Shown here: piece after piece, positions 48,110 to 58,063 of the stretch
Layout of the letters: every line of letters starts with the position of its first letter
How positions within the stretch are numbered: the first letter of the stretch is position 1
NCBI GenBank assembly: GCA_030695905.1
Contig: JAUYOL010000036.1
Span: forward strand, 182,814-246,813
Source: Candidatus Omnitrophota bacterium
GTDB lineage: Bacteria; Omnitrophota; Gorgyraeia; 2-01-FULL-45-10
Length of the DNA: 64,000 nucleotides
Reading direction: 5' to 3'
Notes under the pieces: model-generated
What the model was told of the DNA's origin: nothing
The model's input: the letters and a program-made list of their open reading frames with translations, nothing else
Database searches by the model: none
Made by a program: the position numbers and the translations under genes

Positions 48110-48906
48110 ACCTTCGTCTTGTATCCATCAGTTTTCAGCTTCTTCGCTGTTTTTTCAGCTTCAGCCGCCGACTCATAAGAACCTACTTTTACCCTATAAA
48201 ACGTCATTTTTAATTTGTAAGCAGTTTCTATGGAGCTATCGTAACCTTTTTGTGTCAATCTGTCCTTCATGCGCTGGGCATTACTCTTATCGCGGAAATA
48301 ACCTACCTGCACATAGTACTTGCCGCTTATTTTAACATCGGATATTCCGCCGCTTTTTACGGGAGAAAGTTTTTCATCAGGAACGGCCGCCATATTAGCT
48401 TCAAAGCTCAAAGGCGCCGCCTGTTTCACCCTGCCAAGATATTCTCTTGCCTTATCATTTATCCCCAACTTTTGATAGGAATTGCCCATCTTGTAATATA
48501 CTATCGAGCTATTCTTATGGTCGGGGAAATTTTTGAGCGCTTCATTATACGCGACTACCGCTTCATTGAACTTACCCTCGAGAAAATACGAGTCCCCAAT
48601 ACCTATATAGCCGTCGAATGCCCTCTTGCCTCTCGGATAACGCTCTACCATATACTCAAAAGTCTGCCGAGCCTCGGAGTATCTATTTAATTGTAATAGG
48701 CTTAAACCTTTCAGATAATTTAATTCTTCGCGACCATGCGCTCCGGCATCGATCAATTTTCCGGCTTCGGCAACGACCCTATCGTACTTAGCCTCCATAA
48801 ATAATTTCTCGACCCCCGCGAGGCTCTCTACGCCAGTCCGCGCGTAAGACAGATTAATAAAAGAGACCGTTATGATAATTGTAAAAACTACACTCCTTAT
48901 CTTCAT
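48100..48906 (-). CDS. Secreted TPR-repeat protein with C-terminal SPOR (peptidoglycan-binding) domain
   Basis: Signal peptide, 3-4 TPR units (…AYNEALKNFPDH…YYKMGNSYQKLG…), and C-terminal YYVQVGYFRDKSNAQRMKDRL…YRVKVGSYES (SPOR-like). Confidence 0.6.
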   Translation of the reverse strand: MKIRSVVFTIIITVSFINLSYARTGVESLAGVEKLFMEAKYDRVVAEAGKLIDAGAHGREELNYLKGLSLLQLNRYSEARQTFEYMVERYPRGKRAFDGYIGIGDSYFLEGKFNEAVVAYNEALKNFPDHKNSSIVYYKMGNSYQKLGINDKAREYLGRVKQAAPLSFEANMAAVPDEKLSPVKSGGISDVKISGKYYVQVGYFRDKSNAQRMKDRLTQKGYDSSIETAYKLKMTFYRVKVGSYESAAEAEKTAKKLKTDGYKTKVCR

Positions 48907-50009
48907 TTCACACCTTTCTTTAGAGCGGTAAGCGCCTTTTCATGCCTTCTTTCTTTTTCTTCTTTTGACACATCATCTTTCAATAAATGGGACTTTGCCG
49001 GAGGCCGGGGCGAGTATTTAAATACAAACCCACCCTCGAAACCGCATTTTTTTATCACTTTTAGTGTATCATTAAAATCTTTTTCGGTCTCTGATGGAAA
49101 TCCTACGATTATATCAGTTGTTACAGAGCCTTTCGGAACATATTTTTTGAATAATTTGATTACGTCCATATACTTTTTTTGTGTATATCCGCGATTCATA
49201 AGTTTTAATACCCTATCGGATCCGGACTGAAGAGGAAGGTGAAGGCGCTTATCCACTTTTTTTAGCCTGCCGATAGCCTTAAATAATTCCTCCGAAGCGT
49301 CCTTTGGATGGCTCGTCATAAATCGTATAAGTTTGATACCTTTAATTTTATTCAACCTCTCAAGTAATTTAACAAAACCCGAATACGAATTTACGTTCTG
49401 CCCTAACAACATGACTTCGGTAAATCCGCGCTTTGCCAGGCCTTCGATTTCTTTTACAATATCCTTTTGCTCCCTCGAGCGCTCTCTGCCGCGCACATAT
49501 GGCACTATGCAATATGAACAAAAGTTGTTACATCCCTCGCCTATCGAAACAAGTGCCTTCGGCTTAGTATCACGATATCGAGGATTAAGCTCCGGCCTCT
49601 TCTCGCTTACTTTATCAATAGCGACTATGGGGCACCTGTGTTTCAATATATTCTTCACTATTCCAGGGAGGTCGCCTTCATTGCCGGGCCCGCAGACAAA
49701 ATCAACAAGCGGGATATTCTCGAGGAGCTTTTCCTTATAACTCTGGGCGGTGCATCCCATAACGCCGATGACAAGCTCGGGCTTCTTCTTTTTAAGTTTC
49801 TTCAATTGCCATATGTTATTAAAAAGACGTTCTTCGGCATGCCCTCGGACCGAACATGAATTAAATATAATGACATCGGCATCCTCCATAGAAGATGCCT
49901 TGCGAAAACCTTCTTTAATCAGAATGCCAAGCACGAACTCCGAATCCCGGACATTCATCTGACATCCGAAGGTTTTAATATAAACTTTATTCTTATTCAT
50001 AGCTGGCAT
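48903..50009 (-). CDS. MiaB-like tRNA methylthiotransferase (MTTase N-domain + radical SAM, no TRAM domain)
   Basis: VYIKTFGCQMNVRDSE (MTTase N-terminus), radical SAM CNNFCSYC, ends …FVFKYSPRPPAK shortly after the radical SAM core. 368 aa versus ~440 aa for canonical MiaB. Confidence 0.7.
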   Translation of the reverse strand: MPAMNKNKVYIKTFGCQMNVRDSEFVLGILIKEGFRKASSMEDADVIIFNSCSVRGHAEERLFNNIWQLKKLKKKKPELVIGVMGCTAQSYKEKLLENIPLVDFVCGPGNEGDLPGIVKNILKHRCPIVAIDKVSEKRPELNPRYRDTKPKALVSIGEGCNNFCSYCIVPYVRGRERSREQKDIVKEIEGLAKRGFTEVMLLGQNVNSYSGFVKLLERLNKIKGIKLIRFMTSHPKDASEELFKAIGRLKKVDKRLHLPLQSGSDRVLKLMNRGYTQKKYMDVIKLFKKYVPKGSVTTDIIVGFPSETEKDFNDTLKVIKKCGFEGGFVFKYSPRPPAKSHLLKDDVSKEEKERRHEKALTALKKGVK

Positions 50010-50012
50010 ATA

Positions 50013-50225
50013 TCAACCCTGCCCCACAACAGTAATCGTATTTGCGCCAAACTCAACTAAATCTCCTGAGCGAAGTTTGCGGCGGATACGTGATTCAACT
50101 AGTCCGTTAACTTTAACTGCACCCGCCTGTATCTGTTGCTTGGCTTGGGCGCTGTTAATAACGAGTTCCAGCAGCTTTAAGAGATTATCCAGCTCAATAA
50201 ATTCAGTCTTTAGTTTAAATTCCAT
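50013..50225 (-). CDS. Small S4-like RNA-binding domain protein
   Basis: 70 aa: …AGAVKVNGLVESRIRRKLRSGDLVEFG… resembles an S4 fold. Confidence 0.45.
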   Translation of the reverse strand: MEFKLKTEFIELDNLLKLLELVINSAQAKQQIQAGAVKVNGLVESRIRRKLRSGDLVEFGANTITVVGQG

Positions 50226-50544
50226 TTAATTTTTGCAATCCATGAATTAAGGTTAAAATGGGGTGCTTTGATATCATCCGCGGCCCCGCGTATTTCATAA
50301 CTGCGGTAACCTTGGCCCTCATAGACGGGTTATAACAATGTATGGCGCACTTTGAACATGCCGGCTTATCTTCACCAAAAGGGCATCTATCAAGACGCAG
50401 CCTTGCATAACCCAGGAGACCGGCGCATTCTTGACAAAGATTCTCCCCCGATTTATGGCGACCGGAACAGTATATCCCGATCATTGCTTCGATAGTCCTC
50501 TTTTCTCTATCCATCTTGGAAAAGCTTTTCTTCTGTCTTACCAT
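50215..50544 (-). CDS. Nitrous-oxide-stimulated-promoter (YgbA-like) family Cys-rich protein
   Basis: 109 aa: …CQECAGLLGYARLRLDRCPFGEDKPACSKCAIHCYNPSMRAKVTAVMKYAGPRM…. Confidence 0.55.
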   Translation of the reverse strand: MVRQKKSFSKMDREKRTIEAMIGIYCSGRHKSGENLCQECAGLLGYARLRLDRCPFGEDKPACSKCAIHCYNPSMRAKVTAVMKYAGPRMISKHPILTLIHGLQKLNGI

Positions 50545-50645
50545 TAGGGTAACATCTCGGCTGCATGATGCGCGGCAGCCAGTTGACGGCTATTCAGGCG
50601 CTGTCGAGCTATCCACTGCTGACGCACAACTTTTAAGACTGCTCC

Positions 50646-51398
50646 TTATTCCAGGAATAATAAGAGGGCCATCACCGAAACCCCTAATATTATCGCGACA
50701 AACTGGCCCAGGGCGTGCGATATTTTAATACCGCAGCTTTGATGTAACTCAGGTATGAGATCCGAGCCGGCAATATATAAAAAGCCTCCGGCAGTCATTG
50801 GCATAAGTATAAGAGTGTAGTCCTTCATATATTTTCCGACCAGAAGAGAGATCAATACGCCGACAATCGCGCTAAGCGCGGAAACGAAATTAAACCATAG
50901 CGCTTTTTTTATCGAAAGCCCTCCATGTATAAGAACGCCGAAGTCGCCTATCTCCTGCGGTATTTCATGCATGATAACCGCCAGCGTCGTGGCGACTCCT
51001 ATGGGTATACTCACAGAAAAACTCGCGCCTATGATCATTCCGTCTACCAGATTATGAACGCCGTCGCCGATAAGATTCAGGGCAACGACAGGATGCATGT
51101 GGTTTTGCGATGTGGGGACATGGCAATGTCTCCAGCGGATGAATTTTTCCAAAACAAAGAATATGAGCATGCCTGCCATAATATAAAGAGATGTCGCAAG
51201 GCGTATACCGAGGCTTTCAAAAACTTCGGGCAAAAGATGGATAAAGACATCGCCTAACAGTCCCCCCACGGCAAAACTCACCAAAAAAAGAGTCATCTTC
51301 TGCAACCACTCTTTTTTCAGGGAAAGCGTGAATACTCCGATCAAGGAGATTAAGCCGACTAAGACCACGCTGGCGATGCTATATATCCATACATTCAT
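50646..51398 (-). CDS. zupT: ZIP-family zinc/metal transporter (ZupT-like)
   Basis: GDGVHNLVDGMIIG…HEIPQEIGDFGVL; 250 aa, 8 TM. Confidence 0.85.
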   Translation of the reverse strand: MNVWIYSIASVVLVGLISLIGVFTLSLKKEWLQKMTLFLVSFAVGGLLGDVFIHLLPEVFESLGIRLATSLYIMAGMLIFFVLEKFIRWRHCHVPTSQNHMHPVVALNLIGDGVHNLVDGMIIGASFSVSIPIGVATTLAVIMHEIPQEIGDFGVLIHGGLSIKKALWFNFVSALSAIVGVLISLLVGKYMKDYTLILMPMTAGGFLYIAGSDLIPELHQSCGIKISHALGQFVAIILGVSVMALLLFLE

Positions 51399-51418
51399 AA
51401 ACTCTGCTCCATAATATG

Positions 51419-52042
51419 CTATTCATCCAGATGCGAATTTACATAGGACGAGAACATATCCTTTACTCTTGCGGGCAGCACCACGCCTATATCCTGGTCT
51501 ACAACCGCGCGTGCCATCTCCCGGACGATAGTTGAGTCCGACAGATCTTCTTCGCAGACATATATCGTCTTGCTCTTATTTACATAAAAGGATGAGACCT
51601 CTCTGGCCTTATCGAAAATATTGTAGTACTCTTCGTCCAGCTCTTTTTTTGTTTTGAATATCTTTATATTTATGCGTAGGTCCGGATACATATCGAGAAG
51701 CTCCTTCGTCCTTATGAATAACATATCCAGCCTGTATGCTATCTTTTCGGATGAGCTTCTCACGTTATCCGGATAAGAATTGCGGCCGTACGCGGAAAGT
51801 ATCCTCGTCCTCAATTTCCTCTCTATCGATTTTAAGTCATCCTGCGGGAGATAATATACGGTAAAATAAGCGCTCTTAAATGTGCCCCAGCTCTGCGAGC
51901 CGGACACATCCGCATATCCGATCTGGCCGGTATCATTCATCTCTAATGACGTGCTTACGCTGTTTATATATTCGCTCAATAACGGCATATGGCTGAAAGA
52001 TGCCCATGCTATTAGCGCCACGCCGAAAAAACCTTTTTTCAT
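51419..52042 (-). CDS. Hypothetical secreted protein
   Basis: Signal peptide (MKKGFFGVALIAWASFSHM). No recognisable domain. Confidence 0.4.
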   Translation of the reverse strand: MKKGFFGVALIAWASFSHMPLLSEYINSVSTSLEMNDTGQIGYADVSGSQSWGTFKSAYFTVYYLPQDDLKSIERKLRTRILSAYGRNSYPDNVRSSSEKIAYRLDMLFIRTKELLDMYPDLRINIKIFKTKKELDEEYYNIFDKAREVSSFYVNKSKTIYVCEEDLSDSTIVREMARAVVDQDIGVVLPARVKDMFSSYVNSHLDE

Positions 52043-52046
52043 AAAA

Positions 52047-52595
52047 TTATACCTTGAATTTCTCCGCAACCTTCTTTAGATCTTTCGATTTTGACTTGGC
52101 CAGTTCAATATTATTGGCGTTCAAAGCTGACTCTATATCATCGGATATCTTCTTGATACCGGCAATGTCATGATCCAGGGCTTCCACCATTACGTTAAGT
52201 CCGTTGGCGAGAGATTTCATCTCATCGCCCTTGCGCAGGCCAAATCTGATCTTAAGATTACCGTTTGATATTTCCTTAATATCCTTCTCAAGACGATACA
52301 AAGGACCGGCTATTCTATGCGAAGTGATAAGCGCGACCGCTATCGTGGCCAGGCCGAGCGATACTATGACTATCGCACCCGACAAAAGGACACTCGGTAG
52401 AATAAAATCCGCCGTACTCTTTATAACCAGGCGGGAATTTTCGAAACTCGTAGTTACGGTGGACCTTGCCATAAGATATACTATTGCGCCCGATACAGCT
52501 GTAGCGATAATCACTAAAGAAGCGAATTTGACTATAAATTTAGCCTGAAATTTCTTGTTAACAAAATATTGTCTTCTTCTGTTCGGCATAATCAC
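52047..52595 (-). CDS. Small membrane protein with HAMP domain
   Basis: Two TM segments flank a short loop, followed by a HAMP-like helix HRIAGPLYRLEKDIKEISNGNL. 182 aa with no output domain. Confidence 0.5.
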   Translation of the reverse strand: MIMPNRRRQYFVNKKFQAKFIVKFASLVIIATAVSGAIVYLMARSTVTTSFENSRLVIKSTADFILPSVLLSGAIVIVSLGLATIAVALITSHRIAGPLYRLEKDIKEISNGNLKIRFGLRKGDEMKSLANGLNVMVEALDHDIAGIKKISDDIESALNANNIELAKSKSKDLKKVAEKFKV

Positions 52596-52608
52596 CTCTT
52601 TTGAAATT

Positions 52609-53214
52609 TTACCGGACCTCTATTTCATGCAGGGCCTTCTTGTCGATCTTGACAGAAGCCCTCATCCTCAACCCATCCACCCATTTCTCAAGAAGAATCT
52701 CTTTCTTTCTCCTTAGGATAATATCCTTTATTTCGCCTTCCATATTTTCGATTGACGGAAACTCGGCCTGCTTCTCGGCCGAAACTTCGCCCTTCATCTT
52801 ATTGTACTCACTCAAGATCTCATTTTTATCTACATGTATCATCTCCGATATTTCCTGCAGTTTCTTCTTAAGCAACGCCTTAACGAGAGTCTGCTCCCAG
52901 TATCTTTCTATCTGCCTCATGAAGGATCTCTCTTTATCAAAATTTTCCTTCTGCGCCTCCTGAACCAGGACTTTACGCGTTATCAGTTCCTCCAGTATAT
53001 CCTCTTTGGCGTTGACGGGATCTGTGGCGAGAAACTTATGCGCAATCGTTGTCTTAAGGCCGTCGTTGAAATCCGCTACCGTTAACTCATAGTTATTGAC
53101 CCTGGCAATCACCTTGTCTTCAGGCGACATAGCCTCTTTACTCCTACCGCATCCGGCGATCAATAAAAACGACACCGATACAATCAATAGGATATTTTTA
53201 GAATACATCAACAC
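52609..53214 (-). CDS. Lipoprotein with SurA N-terminal-like chaperone domain
   Basis: Lipobox LLIAGC, followed by a SurA_N-like helical segment (…ELITRKVLVQEAQKENF…). Confidence 0.5.
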   Translation of the reverse strand: MLMYSKNILLIVSVSFLLIAGCGRSKEAMSPEDKVIARVNNYELTVADFNDGLKTTIAHKFLATDPVNAKEDILEELITRKVLVQEAQKENFDKERSFMRQIERYWEQTLVKALLKKKLQEISEMIHVDKNEILSEYNKMKGEVSAEKQAEFPSIENMEGEIKDIILRRKKEILLEKWVDGLRMRASVKIDKKALHEIEVR

Positions 53215-53773
53215 CTGCCTTGTTTAGTATTTTGGATAATTTCGCCATCGGAAGTCCTACTACATTATAGAAGCATCCTTCTATACGGTCAATAAAAACA
53301 CTGCCGAATCCCTGTATATCGAAACTACCGGCCTTATCAAGAGGCGATACCCTGTTAAAGTAATTCTTTATCTGCTTATCGCTTAAGTGGTACATATACA
53401 CTTTCGTCTTATCAAAATCGGTATATATCTTTTTCCCGTCGATATCTATCACCGCTATGCCGGTATAAACCCATTGGGGTTTGCGTGAAAGCAGTCTAAG
53501 CGTCTCAAAGGCATCCTTCATATTTTTGGGCTTTCCGATTATCTTTTTGCCTACTAAAACTACCGTATCAGCCGATATAACTATGCCGGAATCGAATCTC
53601 TTAGCGACATCTTTCGCCTTAAGGAGAGCGTTTTCCACCACAAGTTCACCACAGGTCGTCTTTATAACCCTCTTCTCCCTGACATCCGATGTAGCTACGG
53701 TAAATTCGATACCTATATCTTTCAGTAGTTTACGACGGGCTTTGGACTTTGACGCTAATATTATCCTACGCAT
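53198..53773 (-). CDS. maf: Maf-family nucleoside triphosphate pyrophosphatase
   Basis: MRRIILASKSKARRKLL…ISADTVV… ; start set at the internal Met. Confidence 0.85.
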   Translation of the reverse strand: MRRIILASKSKARRKLLKDIGIEFTVATSDVREKRVIKTTCGELVVENALLKAKDVAKRFDSGIVISADTVVLVGKKIIGKPKNMKDAFETLRLLSRKPQWVYTGIAVIDIDGKKIYTDFDKTKVYMYHLSDKQIKNYFNRVSPLDKAGSFDIQGFGSVFIDRIEGCFYNVVGLPMAKLSKILNKAGVDVF

Positions 53774-55004
53774 TGGCCGCGCTCTCCCCCGCAAGATACC
53801 CTGTAGAAAATGCCTGCTGTAGATTATATCCGCCGCTTGGCGCGCCGCCCTCGATTACCTCGCCCGCAAAATATAACCCCGGCACTATCTTGGATTCCAT
53901 CGTCCTGGGGTTTATCTCTTTAGTAGAAACTCCGCCGCAGGTAACCATAGCCTCCTCTATAGGCAGGGTACCTGTTATAGTAAGCGGGAGAGCCTTTAAT
54001 ACCCTGGCAAGCGCTCGCCTCTCATCCTTGGATATCTGATGAACTTTTTTATTGGCATTGAGGCTGGCCATCTTTATTATAGTTGGCACAAGCCTCAAAG
54101 GAAGCATTCCTGAAAGCATATTCTTTACCTCTTTACCGCCATGCTCTTTGAATTCCCTTAAGAGCTTATCTTCCATCTCTTCCGTCTTTATCCCGGGCTT
54201 TAAATCAATAAATAGACCCATTTCTTTATGCTCATCCAACAGATGGGCTATTTCACCGCTTAAATCCAAAATGAGAGGCCCGGAAACGCCAAAATGGGTA
54301 AGAAGCAATTCCCCCACTTCCGAGCATATCTTCTTTTTTCCGGCGACAAATACTATGCTAATATTCTTTAGCGTGAGTCCTTGAAGCTCTTTTACCCATT
54401 CTTCTTTTACCTTTAGAGGAACGAGTCCCGGCCTTAGTGCTATTATTGTGTGGCCCAGTTTTTTCGCGAACTGAAAACCTTCGCCGGATGAGCCGGTGTC
54501 GCGATATGACGCTCCCCCCGTGGCGAGTATAACCTTTTTTGCGCTGTCTAAACTCTGGCCGTGAACAAGAGCAAAGCCTTCTTTGTCTTTCTTTATCTCT
54601 TCAATACGCGCTTTATATCTTATATCAACGTTGTTCTCTTTTAAACATTCCACCAGCACACTTGTTACAGAGCGCGCGCTGTCTGTTACAGGAAATACCC
54701 TGCCTTGCCTCTCTATCTTTAATTCAAGATGCCTGGACTTAAAAAATTCCATAAGATCTTCGTTTGAAAAACGCGATAATGCGGTCCTTAAGAACTGCCC
54801 CGTCTTGCCGAACTTTTCTATAAAGATATCCTGCTTACCGCTATTGGTAAGATTACACCTGCCTTTACCCGTAATAAGTATCTTACGCCCTACAGAATCG
54901 TTCTTCTCCAGCAATACTACTCTTTTATTTAGCTGTCCTGCCCTTATCGCCGCTATCATGCCTGCGGGGCCCGCCCCTATAACCGCTATGTCGTATTTGG
55001 CCAT
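53766..55004 (-). CDS. BaiN/RdsA (HI0933-like) family NAD(P)/FAD-dependent oxidoreductase
   Basis: MAKYDIAVIGAGPAGMIAAIRAG…ITGKGRCNLTN…; start set at the internal Met. Confidence 0.8.
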   Translation of the reverse strand: MAKYDIAVIGAGPAGMIAAIRAGQLNKRVVLLEKNDSVGRKILITGKGRCNLTNSGKQDIFIEKFGKTGQFLRTALSRFSNEDLMEFFKSRHLELKIERQGRVFPVTDSARSVTSVLVECLKENNVDIRYKARIEEIKKDKEGFALVHGQSLDSAKKVILATGGASYRDTGSSGEGFQFAKKLGHTIIALRPGLVPLKVKEEWVKELQGLTLKNISIVFVAGKKKICSEVGELLLTHFGVSGPLILDLSGEIAHLLDEHKEMGLFIDLKPGIKTEEMEDKLLREFKEHGGKEVKNMLSGMLPLRLVPTIIKMASLNANKKVHQISKDERRALARVLKALPLTITGTLPIEEAMVTCGGVSTKEINPRTMESKIVPGLYFAGEVIEGGAPSGGYNLQQAFSTGYLAGESAANA

Positions 55005-55005
55005 A

Positions 55006-56199
55006 TTAAGAAAAAGCCGCCTCTCCTGCGGTAAGCCCGGATGCCCAGGCCCACGCCAGATTATATCCGCCGCGTTTACCGCAGACATCTAATGCCTCTC
55101 CGGCGAAATAAAGGTTCTTTACCAATTTTGATTCCAAAGTAAGCTCATTCACTTCTTTCGTATCGACACCGCCGGAAGTAAACTCAGCCTCATTCCAGCC
55201 CCTCGTACCTAAAACTTTGAATAATCTATTCTTAAGCGACATCGCTATGTCCTCCGTATCATCCTTGTCAAGATGCTCTTTTAAGGCCGGTCCAAATTTA
55301 TTGGGCAATATCCCAACAATCAATTCTTCCGCGGGAAGAGCGCGCTCCACTCTTTTTGCTATCTCGTTTTCAAGCACTCCGGCGTCCATAAATGGCACCA
55401 TATCTATCGATATAAAAACATTATTCTTTTTATGCCTGTTTATAGCAACGGATATCTCTTCGCTTACGTCTATTATGCTCGTGCCGGAAAGCCCATATTT
55501 TGTAAATAGCAGGTCTCCCCTTGATTCACATACATCTTTTCCGTCTATAACAGCTTTAACCTTCGCAAATATCTTCTGGCCCTGCAGGAGATGGCAGAGT
55601 TTATCCTTCACAACCAGCGGCACCGCTGCCGGCACGGGCTCGATGATCTTATGGCCCAGCCTATGGGCCAGTTCGTAACAGCTGCCGTCAGAACCCAGCG
55701 CCGGGTATGACTTGCCGCCGCCGGCAATAATGAGCTTGCCGCATTCCATGCTTTTGCCGCTCTTCGACTTGACTGAAAATATTCCGGCCGAATGTGAAAT
55801 TTTATCTACCTCAAAATTTAATTCCGTCACAATGCCAAGCCTGGCAAGTTCCATCTCCAGCACTTTTAGCACGGACGAGGATTGATTTGTCGCGGGGAAT
55901 ACGCGGCCGCCTTCGGAATATGTCTCCAGGCCCAGGTCTTTGAAAAAATTTAAGATCTCTTCTTTTCCATACCTGGTAAAGACGGATTTGACGAGATTTC
56001 TCGCGGATCGGTTATAGCCGGATTCGTCCAAATTTTCGTTTGAGAGATTACATCTGCCGTTACCCGACGCTAAGACCTTCTTGCCTACCTTGGGCATCCT
56101 TTCGCAGATAACTACAGGCACGCCTTTACGTCTCGCGCCTATCGCGGCTGTGATTCCCGCCGCGCCGCCACCGATAACTAAAGTATGGGAATTTTTCAT
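55006..56199 (-). CDS. BaiN/RdsA (HI0933-like) family flavoprotein, tandem paralog
   Basis: HTLVIGGGAAGITAAIGARRKG…ASGNGRCNLSN…; same family as 53766..55004. Confidence 0.8.
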   Translation of the reverse strand: MKNSHTLVIGGGAAGITAAIGARRKGVPVVICERMPKVGKKVLASGNGRCNLSNENLDESGYNRSARNLVKSVFTRYGKEEILNFFKDLGLETYSEGGRVFPATNQSSSVLKVLEMELARLGIVTELNFEVDKISHSAGIFSVKSKSGKSMECGKLIIAGGGKSYPALGSDGSCYELAHRLGHKIIEPVPAAVPLVVKDKLCHLLQGQKIFAKVKAVIDGKDVCESRGDLLFTKYGLSGTSIIDVSEEISVAINRHKKNNVFISIDMVPFMDAGVLENEIAKRVERALPAEELIVGILPNKFGPALKEHLDKDDTEDIAMSLKNRLFKVLGTRGWNEAEFTSGGVDTKEVNELTLESKLVKNLYFAGEALDVCGKRGGYNLAWAWASGLTAGEAAFS

Positions 56200-56200
56200 A

Positions 56201-56854
56201 TTATCCTGTATTTTGTAAAAACTTTTCCATATCATCCGGCATCGGTGATTTGAATTCCATTGTCTCTTTTGTTACCGGATGCGTAAAACGCAGATATGCC
56301 GCATGCAACGCAAGCCTTTTGAACTTCAATTCAAAATCTTTTCTAAAAACATAAACGCTTTCCCCTAAAAGCGGGTGACCTATGGATTTCAAGTGTATTC
56401 GTATCTGATTGGTTCTGCCCGTTACAGGCACGGCCTCTATTACAGTAAAATTCTCATGCCTTTCTACTACGGTATACTTTGTCTGGGCGCTCTCTTTACG
56501 CCCCTTGCTCTTATTATAGATATCCCTATCTATAGTATCAAATTTTTTCTTTACCACACCATGCACAAAAGCTATGTAGGCCTTCTTTACGGCTCTTTTT
56601 TTGAATTCCTCCATCATTGCCGCCTGAATAGCCTTGCCTTTGGCATAAAGAATGAGCCCTGAAGTCTCGCGGTCTATGCGATGACATGGATAGGCATTGG
56701 CTTCTACCCCGCGTTCATCAAGCTCGCGATTTAGAAGATGGGTTAAAGTGTTGGTCTCTTTATTGGGTGTGGGTATAACGAGCATGCCGGAAGGCTTACC
56801 AACAACGATTATCTGCCCGTCTTCGTAGATTATATTGTACCGCTTACCGTCCAT
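56201..56854 (-). CDS. RluA-family pseudouridine synthase
   Basis: …HRIDRETSGLILYAKG… catalytic Asp motif; 217 aa. Confidence 0.85.
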   Translation of the reverse strand: MDGKRYNIIYEDGQIIVVGKPSGMLVIPTPNKETNTLTHLLNRELDERGVEANAYPCHRIDRETSGLILYAKGKAIQAAMMEEFKKRAVKKAYIAFVHGVVKKKFDTIDRDIYNKSKGRKESAQTKYTVVERHENFTVIEAVPVTGRTNQIRIHLKSIGHPLLGESVYVFRKDFELKFKRLALHAAYLRFTHPVTKETMEFKSPMPDDMEKFLQNTG

Positions 56855-56925
56855 AAGGACAGTATTATATCATATCGGGAGACGCTTTCCAATTCAATCG
56901 GGAAGCTGCCCCCCCACCCTGGTTA

Positions 56926-57564
56926 CTAACCAATAAACATTATGAATACACCCGTAAGCGCTATGACGATTCCCGCAAAGGCGTGGGAATACCTCTCTGC
57001 GATATCATGCCTTACCAGATGTATGCCAAAGTGAGCGAGCAGCGTCTGCGCCAACATCATAACTATAGTCACCAGAGAAAATATCAGGCTTGTCGTCAAT
57101 ATCCCTATCCAGCCATACTCTGTGGCAAGAAACATTAATGGCACTAAAGGCTCGCATGGACCAAGAACAAATATAGCGAATAAAGTCCACATAGTTATTG
57201 TCTTCTTATCGATATCTTTTGTATCGATATGCTCATGTTTATAATCGCGCGCTTTCTTTAGTCCCCACATAGTATATGCCACTCCAAAGCCTATCAAAAG
57301 CCATAGGCCTATCTCGCTCCTATGAGATTCGATCGATTTCAGGTTGGCCAGGCTAAAACCTAATAATATACCTATGCACCCCAAAAGTATCGAAGATCCT
57401 ACATGTCCAATGCCCGAAACTAAAGTTACCATCATTAATTTCGTCCTCGACCATTTTTTTGCCTTGCCGATAACGGCAAATGGCATCCAATGGTCTGGCG
57501 CCAGAGCATGTAAGAATCCTATTGAAAGAGTCGAAACCATTAATAGAAAATAGCTTTTGTTCAT
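56926..57564 (-). CDS. NiCoT/RcnA-like nickel-cobalt transporter family membrane protein
   Basis: HALAPDHW (H-x4-D-H signature) in TM1. 6 TM, 212 aa. Confidence 0.5.
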   Translation of the reverse strand: MNKSYFLLMVSTLSIGFLHALAPDHWMPFAVIGKAKKWSRTKLMMVTLVSGIGHVGSSILLGCIGILLGFSLANLKSIESHRSEIGLWLLIGFGVAYTMWGLKKARDYKHEHIDTKDIDKKTITMWTLFAIFVLGPCEPLVPLMFLATEYGWIGILTTSLIFSLVTIVMMLAQTLLAHFGIHLVRHDIAERYSHAFAGIVIALTGVFIMFIG

Positions 57565-57625
57565 ACTGCCTCCATCTCGGATAATTATACCAAAACATTC
57601 TTATCTTTTCAGCAATATTAAGTTG

Positions 57626-57634
57626 TGCTATAAT
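57626..57634 (+). promoter_or_regulatory. Extended -10 promoter element (TGcTATAAT) 6 nt upstream of the ATG of the plus-strand DMT pair, implying a leaderless or near-leaderless mRNA
   Basis: Read directly: …ttaagttgTGcTATAATcgggccATGGC…. Confidence 0.4.
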
Positions 57635-57640
57635 CGGGCC

Positions 57641-58063
57641 ATGGCAAAAAAATTCGCCGGTATATTCTTACTTAAGGTGATCGCGCTTATAATAATAAAG
57701 GATACGATTGAGTCCTTCGGCGATCTCTTCTTCAAGATGGGCACCCTCTCTACCGGTATTTCGAATGTAACGATGGCCAATGTGCTTGAATTTGCCTCAA
57801 GAGTGACATCTAATCCGTGGCTATGGGTGGGAGTCATCCTATACCTCGCCAACTTTTTCCTATGGATAGCCCTTTTATCGAGAGTAGACTTGAGCATAGC
57901 ATTCCCGATGTCGAGCCTTACATATATTATAGTGCCTTTTTTGGCAATAGCATTTCTTCAAGAAAAAGTCGCGCCTATCAGATGGGCCGGCATACTCTTT
58001 ATTATAATAGGTGTAAGCTTATCCGGGCGCGCGGCGAGTAATAATAAAGGCGGGGTAACCTGA
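57641..58063 (+). CDS. Small 4-TM DMT/EamA-like transporter subunit (ArnE/ArnF-like)
   Basis: ~140 aa from MAKKFAGIFLL; four hydrophobic helices. Its stop overlaps the start of the next gene in a TGATG junction. Confidence 0.6.
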   Translation: MAKKFAGIFLLKVIALIIIKDTIESFGDLFFKMGTLSTGISNVTMANVLEFASRVTSNPWLWVGVILYLANFFLWIALLSRVDLSIAFPMSSLTYIIVPFLAIAFLQEKVAPIRWAGILFIIIGVSLSGRAASNNKGGVT

